Below, piece after piece: positions 1 to 3,997 of a DNA stretch of 3,997 nt (position 1 is its first letter; every line of letters begins with the position of its first letter). The notes below the pieces were generated by a model. The model was not told where the DNA came from, made no database searches, and saw only the letters and a program-made list of their open reading frames with translations. The stretch lies in the IMG/VR virus record IMGVR_UViG_3300014970_000063. The stretch is one strand, 5' to 3'. Both the position numbers and the translations under genes were made by a program. This DNA is from a virus (Duplodnaviria > Heunggongvirae > Uroviricota > Caudoviricetes).

Positions 1-288
1 GCTATGGCTGCGCATTCGGGCCACCAGCAGAGGTGGCATTGCTTTTTCGATAGCTGGTAACAACGCCTGAATTTTTTTAACCGCATCAGGGGTGTCTTTC
101 TCCACCCAGCGGAAAATTTTCTGAGTATTGCGAGCCAGGGCTTCCGGATGGCTGTCGTCATACAGTTCCGGGAACGTCATTCCCAGCTCGAAATACGCTT
201 TGGTAATTTTCGCAGCCGGTACTTTTTCGCCGTCCGGATGCGCCCAGGCATTCATCGCCATGCGGATGTGTTCATGCTTGATTTTCAT
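1..288 (-). CDS. CII-like / YdaT-family prophage regulatory protein, partial (first 96 codons; 3' end lies beyond the window start)
   Basis: Minus-strand ATG at 288-286 opens a frame with no stop down to position 1, translating MKIKHEHIRMAMNAWAHPDGEKVPAAKITKAYFELGMTFPELYDDSHPEALARNTQKIFRWVEKDTPDAVKKIQALLPAIEKAMPPLLVARMRSHS. Its start overlaps the upstream Cro-like stop as ATGA (translational coupling). The N-terminus matches my recollection of Rac YdaT (MKIKHEHI...), and the position directly after a Cro-like gene is that of lambda cII / Rac ydaT. The plus-strand track ORFs 128..316 and 148..396 are its shadows. Confidence 0.7.
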   Translation of the reverse strand, partial: MKIKHEHIRMAMNAWAHPDGEKVPAAKITKAYFELGMTFPELYDDSHPEALARNTQKIFRWVEKDTPDAVKKIQALLPAIEKAMPPLLVARMRSHS

Positions 289-539
289 GAATCAACTCCC
301 ATCAGCTTTTTCGTAGTAGTTTTATTCCTGCCAATAGTTAAAATTGCATCGGCAGAAAATAATCCGTTTGATGCAAGAGCGATTTTTTCAGCGTAATTTG
401 TTTCGCCGGTATATTCTGTGCGAGGCAATTTTCCGTTATCCATCCATTTATAGATTGCTCTTTGGCTGACACCACAAACGTCGGCCACAACAGCAACGCG
501 AACGGTTTTGATTACATCTTCAAGTGTTTTCTGGTTCAT
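285..539 (-). CDS. Cro/YdaS/DicC-like small HTH regulator, 84 aa
   Basis: Internal Met 25 of track ORF 285..611(-) is preceded by a strong SD (minus strand GTGAGGGTGAT then ATG, plus coordinates 540-550). The product MNQKTLEDVIKTVRVAVVADVCGVSQRAIYKWMDNGKLPRTEYTGETNYAEKIALASNGLFSADAIL... has a helix-turn-helix and a P...TGET...IA pattern resembling DicC/YdaS-type Cro proteins. It is divergent from the repressor gene. The 24 codons upstream of Met 25 lie inside the promoter region and are taken as non-coding read-through. Confidence 0.8.
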   Translation of the reverse strand: MNQKTLEDVIKTVRVAVVADVCGVSQRAIYKWMDNGKLPRTEYTGETNYAEKIALASNGLFSADAILTIGRNKTTTKKLMGVDS

Positions 540-618
540 ATCACCCTCACAATGTGAACTTTGAGTACATGCTATAACAGAACTGACAGTACATTCAAGA
601 GCGAATATCATTGAACTT
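540..618. promoter_or_regulatory. Divergent promoter/operator region between the Cro-like and repressor genes (OR-like)
   Basis: 79-bp AT-rich intergenic region. It holds two copies of the 13-mer ACTnnnAGTACAT (558-570 and 582-594, cores 24 bp apart). Candidate rightward promoter: -35 CTGACA 583-588, 17-bp spacer, -10 TATCAT 606-611, with ATG at 619. Alternative rightward extended -10 TGcTATAAC 570-578. Candidate leftward promoter on the minus strand: -35 TTGAAT (plus 593-598) and extended -10 TGtTATAGC (plus 571-579). All promoter calls are by eye. Confidence 0.5.
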
Positions 619-1038
619 ATGGTTCATGAAGATAAAGCGCGTAAAGAGTTCGCCAGTAGGCTTGCGCTAGCCTGTGAAAACGCTGGTTATGAACAACATG
701 GAAGGCAGGCAGAAATTGCCCGTCGAATGAAATTAACACCAAAAGCGGTTAGCAAATGGTTTAATGGCGAAACAATTCCTCGCCGGGAGAAATTAAGGGA
801 ATTAGCAACACTAATAGGAACAACACCAACCTATCTTTTGGGAGAGGATACAGAAGAAAGTGGACAGGTACGTTTCTATCAGGAGTTAAATCCAAGACAA
901 AAAATCATCATTGACCTTCTGGACGAGCTCCCTGACAGTGAGACAGATGAACTTTTAAAAACTCTTGAAGAGAAAAAACAGAAGTACAATGCAATTTACG
1001 AAGAGTTAGCACGAAAGAAAAAACAAAAAGCCTCTTAA
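619..1038 (+). CDS. DicA/RacR-like XRE-family HTH repressor (prophage immunity repressor), 139 aa
   Basis: Contains a classic XRE helix-turn-helix (RQAEIARRMKLTPKAVSKWFNGETIPRREKLRELATLIGTTPTYLLGED). The C-terminal domain LNPRQKIIIDLLDELPDSETDELLKTLEEKKQKYNAIYEELARKKKQ parallels the DicA C-terminus as I recall it (LSPKELELLELFNALPESEQDTQLAEMRARVKNFNKLFEELLKARQ). No S24 peptidase domain is present. There is no SD before the ATG, which would fit a leaderless or near-leaderless mRNA. Confidence 0.85.
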   Translation: MVHEDKARKEFASRLALACENAGYEQHGRQAEIARRMKLTPKAVSKWFNGETIPRREKLRELATLIGTTPTYLLGEDTEESGQVRFYQELNPRQKIIIDLLDELPDSETDELLKTLEEKKQKYNAIYEELARKKKQKAS

Positions 1039-1101
1039 ACCAGCATAAATCCGGTAGCGCCTTCCTCCGGGTTTGTGCTTCACTTTATCCCATCTCATTT
1101 T

Positions 1102-1160
1102 TTTACACACAAAATGTACTAAAAGTACTTTACAACAATGAACGCAAAGTACATTATATG
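1102..1160 (+). promoter_or_regulatory. Early-operon promoter with operator repeats downstream of the repressor gene (OL / PdicB-like)
   Basis: T-tract 1096-1104 (UP-element-like), -35 TTTACA 1129-1134, -10 candidates CATTAT 1152-1157 or TACATT 1150-1155. Operator-like motifs: ATGTACT 1114-1120 (inverted copy), AGTACTT 1124-1130 and AGTACAT 1148-1154, the last two with the same 24-bp core spacing seen at 564/588. Confidence 0.5.
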
Positions 1161-1335
1161 CCTGCCACCCACCCCGCCCCACAGAATGCAGGGCAATACT
1201 TCGAGTTACCAGGCAGTGGTCAGGGGTTAAGTAGCCAGCCCGAGGCGTAAGAACATGACGGCAGGGTTCAACTTTAATAACTATGCAGCAGGTTTTTGTT
1301 CCGCTACCCCGGCGTTAAGGGGAAATGAGGTCAGC

Positions 1336-1491
1336 ATGGATACTATCGATCTTGGCAACAGCGAATCTCCGGTATGTGGCGTGTTCCCCAACCAGGACGG
1401 TACGTTCACCGCGATGACGTATACCAAAAGCAAAACGTTTAAAACCGAAAATGGTGCCCGTCGCTGGCTGGAAAGAAACTCAGGTGAGTGA
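1336..1491 (+). CDS. Small prophage protein, 51 aa, YdfA/YdaF-like by size and position
   Basis: ATG at 1336 is preceded by SD GAGG (1327-1330) at 5-nt spacing. Product MDTIDLGNSESPVCGVFPNQDGTFTAMTYTKSKTFKTENGARRWLERNSGE. A 51-aa first gene after the repressor matches Qin ydfA / Rac ydaF in my recollection (lengths recalled, not checked). The upstream in-frame ATG at 1255 (78-aa version) has rare AGG/GGA codons that read better as the SD itself. The stop overlaps the next start (TGAtATG). Confidence 0.6.
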   Translation: MDTIDLGNSESPVCGVFPNQDGTFTAMTYTKSKTFKTENGARRWLERNSGE

Positions 1492-1492
1492 T

Positions 1493-2068
1493 ATGGATTT
1501 CGACACAATCATGGAAAAGGCTTACGAAGAATACTTCGAAGGTCTTGCCGAAGGCGAAGAAGCTCTCAGCTTCAGTGAGTTTAAACAGGCACTCAGAATA
1601 AGAATGTGCTCTCACAATGACGCGGAGCACAAATATGAGAAGCAAAATCAGACCGCAGAAAATTTTGTTCTGGAACCCGGAGAAACGCTTTTCAAAATTC
1701 CCGTTACGTGCCCCATTTGCGGTTTTACATCAGAAGAACTTGACGACTCCTGTAACAATCAGGAAACAACCAAGTATGTCGAAGATGATACCGAGTGCGC
1801 ACTAAGAACGATTATATCCACGAGTCCAAACTCCAGGACCAATAAATCTCACTTTGAGAGGGTGATTAATCCACTCCCCCAAACCAATAAAAAAGATGCC
1901 GGAGGACAAAAAACCCAATGGAACAACGGGATATCTGTCAAAAAAAGACGTTCCATTAAAGACAAACAACGCAGCGCCAACAACTGTAAGCGCTTTATAC
2001 CAGCAATCAATTTTCATGTTCTTAAGCGGATTTATTGGTGGTTGCGACATTGCTTAATGAATCCTTAA
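1493..2068 (+). CDS. Hypothetical protein, 191 aa; acidic N-terminal half with a Cys cluster; 3' half of uncertain coding status
   Basis: ATG at 1493 with SD AGGTGA 7 nt upstream, tightly coupled to the preceding ORF. Codons 1-103 (1493-1801) have G at first codon position in 39 of 103 codons (coding-like) and carry CPICG...DDSC...DTEC. Codons 104-191 (1802-2065) drop to 12 of 88 G at first position, are K/N/Q/R-rich and use rare codons (AGA, AGG, ATA, CTA, CGA). No stop occurs before TAA at 2066-2068. Confidence 0.5.
   Translation: MDFDTIMEKAYEEYFEGLAEGEEALSFSEFKQALRIRMCSHNDAEHKYEKQNQTAENFVLEPGETLFKIPVTCPICGFTSEELDDSCNNQETTKYVEDDTECALRTIISTSPNSRTNKSHFERVINPLPQTNKKDAGGQKTQWNNGISVKKRRSIKDKQRSANNCKRFIPAINFHVLKRIYWWLRHCLMNP
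1802..2050 (-). CDS. Candidate small two-transmembrane-segment membrane protein, 82 aa (or 71 aa from the ATG at 2017); may instead be a shadow ORF
   Basis: The minus-strand ORF is exactly codon-aligned antisense to the 3' half of ORF 1493..2068. Its translation has two hydrophobic segments (WYKALTVVGAALFVFNGTSFF and VVPLGFLSSGIFFIGLGEWI) and G at first codon position in 22 of 82 codons. An AAGGA SD lies 11 nt upstream of the ATG at 2050, inside the inverted repeat 2061-2089. This is a position-analogous ORF to Rac sieB, which I recall as being on the opposite strand; no homology is claimed. Confidence 0.3.
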   Translation of the reverse strand: MSQPPINPLKNMKIDCWYKALTVVGAALFVFNGTSFFDRYPVVPLGFLSSGIFFIGLGEWINHPLKVRFIGPGVWTRGYNRS

Positions 2069-2089
2069 AACTGTGGTGATTTTAAGGAT
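2061..2089. repeat. Perfect 10-bp inverted repeat ATCCTTAAAA-N9-TTTTAAGGAT
   Basis: Read directly from the sequence. It covers the stop codon (2066-2068) of the plus ORF and, on the minus strand, the SD of ORF 1802..2050. No U-tract follows on either strand, so it is not a classical intrinsic terminator. Confidence 0.6.
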
Positions 2090-2129
2090 ACCACCTCGCC
2101 TGACGTGGTTAAAAGCAGGCACACAACAC

Positions 2130-2195
2130 GAAAGCGCACGGCGAAGTTCGTCTCACTGTACGGTGTCGTTAAATTTAATTCGACCGTGCGCTTCC
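2130..2195 (+). other. Long interrupted hairpin (AAGCGCACGG 2132-2141 pairs with CCGTGCGCTT 2184-2193, plus 4 more bp after a 1-nt bulge); candidate RNA processing or structural element
   Basis: 10-bp perfect complementarity plus the flanking CGAA/TTCG pairs, read from the sequence. It lies in a GC-rich segment without convincing ATG-initiated ORFs; the track ORFs 2073..2258 and 2105..2296 start at GTG and are rich in rare codons. Confidence 0.45.
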
Positions 2196-2327
2196 GGTTG
2201 TGGCAACCCGCGAAATGGCGCGGCGGTAAGTATGGCGGGGTTATTCCTTCCCCGTTGAGGACACCGAGTTGTCAGGTTGACCATACGCTTAAGTGACAAC
2301 CCCGCTGCAACGCCCTCTGTTATCAAT

Positions 2328-2385
2328 TTTCTGGTGACGTTTGGCGGTATCAGTTTTACTCCGTGACTGCTCTGCCGCCGTTTTT
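2328..2385 (+). ncRNA. dicF: DicF-like small RNA (prophage-encoded ftsZ antisense sRNA family), about 53 nt plus U-tail
   Basis: TTTCTGGTGACGTTTGGCGGTATCAGTTTTACTCCGTGACTGCTCTGCCGCC(G)TTTTT matches my recollection of E. coli Qin DicF almost base for base, including the GGCGG/CCGCC terminator stem. The genomic context (DicA-like repressor, then YdfA-like ORF, then this sRNA) matches the Qin dicB operon order as recalled. Not confirmed by any search. Confidence 0.7.
2343..2385 (+). terminator. Rho-independent terminator (3' end of the DicF-like sRNA)
   Basis: Stem GGCGGTA (2343-2349) pairs with TGCCGCC (2373-2379), with an inner CAGT/ACTG helix (2351-2354 with 2366-2369), followed by G and TTTTT (2381-2385). 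Confidence 0.65.
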
Positions 2386-2454
2386 AAAGTGAATTTTGTG
2401 ATGCGGTGAATGCGGCTAAGCGCACGCGGAACAGTTAAAACCAAAAACAGTGTT

Positions 2455-2682
2455 ATGGGTGGATTCTCTGTATCCGAAGAGCAGTTAATTGCGCTGAAAG
2501 GAATAAAAAAAGGTACGTTAAAAAAGGTCCGGGAAAAATCGTTTATGGAAGGAAGGGAATATAAGCATGTCGCTCATGACGGTATGCCATGGGATAACAG
2601 TCCATGCTTTTACAACCTGGAAGAAATTGATCGCTGGATTGAGCGCCAGGCATCAGCAAGACCAAGACGTCATCTTACTTGA
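2455..2682 (+). CDS. xis: Excisionase-like protein (lambda Xis-type), 75 aa from the ATG at 2455; the maximal ORF starts at 2410 (90 aa)
   Basis: Sits immediately upstream of and co-oriented with the integrase gene. The core KGTLKKVREKSFMEGREYKHVAHDG resembles the lambda Xis region SLETVRRWVRECRIFPPPVKDGREYLFHES as recalled (shared GREY motif). Neither candidate start has a good SD. The ATG at 2410 lies inside tandem repeats that may be promoter elements, so 2455 is preferred. Confidence 0.6.
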   Translation: MGGFSVSEEQLIALKGIKKGTLKKVREKSFMEGREYKHVAHDGMPWDNSPCFYNLEEIDRWIERQASARPRRHLT

Positions 2683-2716
2683 CTAAAAGCCACACTAACT
2701 AATGAGAGAAGTTGAA

Positions 2717-3997
2717 ATGAAATATCCGACAGGCGTGGAAAACCATGGAGGGAAATTACGTATCTGGTTTGTTTATAAAGGCGTAAGAGTCAGGGAAAAT
2801 CTGGGGGTTCCTGACACAGCAAAAAACAGGCGCGTTGCAGGTGAACTACGCGCCTCTGTTTGTTACGCAATAAAAACTGGTGTTTTCGACTATGCAAAAC
2901 AGTTTCCCTCCTCACGCAATCTGGAAAAATTTGGTGAGGCCCGACAAGATTTAACCATAAAAGAACTGGCTGAAAAATTTCTGGCACTGAAAGAAACTGA
3001 AGTCGCCAAAACATCACTCAACACATACCGTGCCGTCATCAAAAATATCCTGAGCATAATCGGTGAAAAAAATCTTGCCTCATCGATTAATAAAGAAAAA
3101 TTACTGGAGGTTCGTAAAGAGCTACTGACTGGATACCAGATCCCCAAAAGTAACTATATTGTTACACAACCAGGGAGATCGGCTGTAACTGTAAATAATT
3201 ACATGACAAATCTTAACGCCGTGTTCCAGTTTGGTGTTGATAACGGTTACCTGGCAGATAACCCGTTTAAGGGGATCTCGCCATTAAAGGAATCAAGAAC
3301 CATTCCGGATCCTCTTTCGCGGGAGGAATTCATCCGTCTTATCGATGCGTGCAGAAATCAGCAAGCCAAAAATTTATGGTGTGTTTCTGTTTATACTGGC
3401 GTTCGCCCTGGTGAGCTGTGTGCACTTGGATGGGAGGACATAGATCTGAAAAATAGAACAATGATGATCAGGAGAAATTTAGCAAAAGACCGTTTCACGG
3501 TCCCAAAAACACAGGCGGGAACCAATCGGGTCATTCATCTTATTAAGCCAGCAATCGACGCTCTCCGGAGTCAGATGACATTAACGAGACTGAGCAAAGA
3601 GCATATCATTGATGTTCACCTCAGAGAGTATGGCAGAACAGAAAAACATAAATGCACCTTTGTTTTTCAACCTGAAGTGTCAGCGAGAGTAAAAAATTAT
3701 GGTGACCATTTTACCGTTGACTCAATAAGGCAGATGTGGGACGCAGCGATAAAACGTGCCGGACTCCGCCATCGAAAATCATATCAGTCGAGACATACTT
3801 ATGCCTGCTGGTCGCTGACAGCTGGTGCTAACCCGGCATTTATAGCAAACCAGATGGGCCATGCAGATGCGCAAATGGTATTTCAGGTATACGGAAAATG
3901 GATGTCTGAAAACAATAATGCACAGGTAGCTTTGTTAAATACACAGTTAAGCGAGTTTGCCCCAACCATGCCCCATAACGAAGCAATGAAAAATTAA
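2717..3997 (+). CDS. int: Tyrosine recombinase / phage integrase, IntR (Rac)-like, 426 aa
   Basis: Translation from the ATG at 2717 (MKYPTGVENHGGKLRIWFVYKGVRVRENLG...) parallels Rac IntR as recalled (MSKLPTGVEIRGRYIRIWF...). Catalytic signatures are present: box I TGVRPGELCALGWEDIDL, box II SRHTYACWSLTAGANPAFIANQMGH, and the tyrosine in QVYGKW. A purine-rich GAGAGAAG precedes the ATG at 2717. The track start at 2702 adds five residues with no SD. The gene ends at the last base of the window, so the attachment site is expected just beyond it. Confidence 0.92.
   Translation: MKYPTGVENHGGKLRIWFVYKGVRVRENLGVPDTAKNRRVAGELRASVCYAIKTGVFDYAKQFPSSRNLEKFGEARQDLTIKELAEKFLALKETEVAKTSLNTYRAVIKNILSIIGEKNLASSINKEKLLEVRKELLTGYQIPKSNYIVTQPGRSAVTVNNYMTNLNAVFQFGVDNGYLADNPFKGISPLKESRTIPDPLSREEFIRLIDACRNQQAKNLWCVSVYTGVRPGELCALGWEDIDLKNRTMMIRRNLAKDRFTVPKTQAGTNRVIHLIKPAIDALRSQMTLTRLSKEHIIDVHLREYGRTEKHKCTFVFQPEVSARVKNYGDHFTVDSIRQMWDAAIKRAGLRHRKSYQSRHTYACWSLTAGANPAFIANQMGHADAQMVFQVYGKWMSENNNAQVALLNTQLSEFAPTMPHNEAMKN

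Noticed and set aside
128-396. Plus-strand track ORFs 128..316 and 148..396
   Set aside because: They lie antisense to the better-supported minus-strand YdaT-like and Cro-like genes, have no recognisable features, and are explained as shadow frames.
540-611. N-terminal extension of the Cro-like ORF to the ATG at 611 (108-aa version)
   Set aside because: The extension would start inside the divergent promoter/operator region, whereas the internal ATG at 539 has a strong SD. The extra 24 residues (MIFALECTVSSVIACTQSSHCEGD) include the translated SD itself.
1047-1074. Hairpin AAATCCGG-N12-CCGGGTTT just after the repressor stop, as a possible terminator
   Set aside because: An 8-bp stem with one G-U pair, but no U-tract follows on either strand. 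Not convincing as an intrinsic terminator; may just be structure in the intergenic region.
1255-1335. Upstream start at 1255 for the YdfA/YdaF-like ORF (78-aa version)
   Set aside because: The ATG at 1336 has a well-spaced GAGG SD and gives exactly the 51-aa size expected from position. The extension contains rare AGG/GGA codons that coincide with that SD. Kept as an alternative, not excluded.
1281-1805. Track ORFs 1281..1508(-), 1439..1645(-) and 1617..1805(+)
   Set aside because: All overlap the better-supported plus-strand genes in alternative frames, lack SD-preceded starts and have low-complexity or odd composition. Treated as shadow ORFs.
2073-2296. Plus-strand track ORFs 2073..2258 and 2105..2296 in the GC-rich region
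   Set aside because: Both start at GTG with no SD, are rich in rare Arg codons, and overlap strong RNA-type inverted repeats. The region is more likely structured non-coding sequence, though small ydfB/ydfC-like peptides cannot be fully excluded.
2069-2410. Possible tRNA or attachment site next to the integrase module
   Set aside because: No T-loop-like GTTCGAATC-type motif or cloverleaf arrangement was seen. The integrase is transcribed away from this region, so the att site is expected beyond position 3997.
2702-2716. Integrase start at 2702 (MREVEMKYP...)
   Set aside because: No SD precedes 2702, whereas 2717 has a purine-rich stretch upstream and gives an N-terminus (MKYPTGVE) matching IntR-type integrases as recalled.
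2790-3147. Minus-strand track ORFs 2790..3017 and 2890..3147
   Set aside because: They lie antisense inside the integrase gene, which has clear catalytic motifs. Shadow frames.
1-3997. CRISPR array, IS element or LexA-type SOS box
   Set aside because: No direct repeats with regular spacers, no transposase-like ORF or terminal inverted repeats, and no obvious CTGT-N8-ACAG box were seen by eye. The repressor lacks a peptidase domain, which fits a non-LexA-type switch.

Overview
This window looks like the immunity-to-integration end of an enterobacterial lambdoid (Rac/Qin-type) prophage, compacted into about 4 kb. Reading left to right: a CII-like (YdaT-type) gene and a Cro/YdaS/DicC-like gene on the minus strand, a divergent promoter/operator region, a DicA/RacR-like XRE repressor on the plus strand, a second operator-bearing promoter, a 51-aa YdfA/YdaF-like ORF, a 191-aa ORF of unknown function, a structured GC-rich region ending in a DicF-like sRNA with an intrinsic terminator, then an excisionase-like gene and an IntR-like tyrosine integrase running to the window end. 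The gene order matches the Qin dicC/dicA/ydfA/dicF layout as I recall it, but no dicB, recET or kil genes are present. All family assignments rest on reading the translations and on recalled sequences; nothing was searched or computed beyond hand counts. The least explained part is 1493-2327: a long ORF whose 3' half has non-coding-like composition, a codon-aligned antisense small membrane-protein ORF, and a hairpin-rich region with a thrice-repeated 14-mer.
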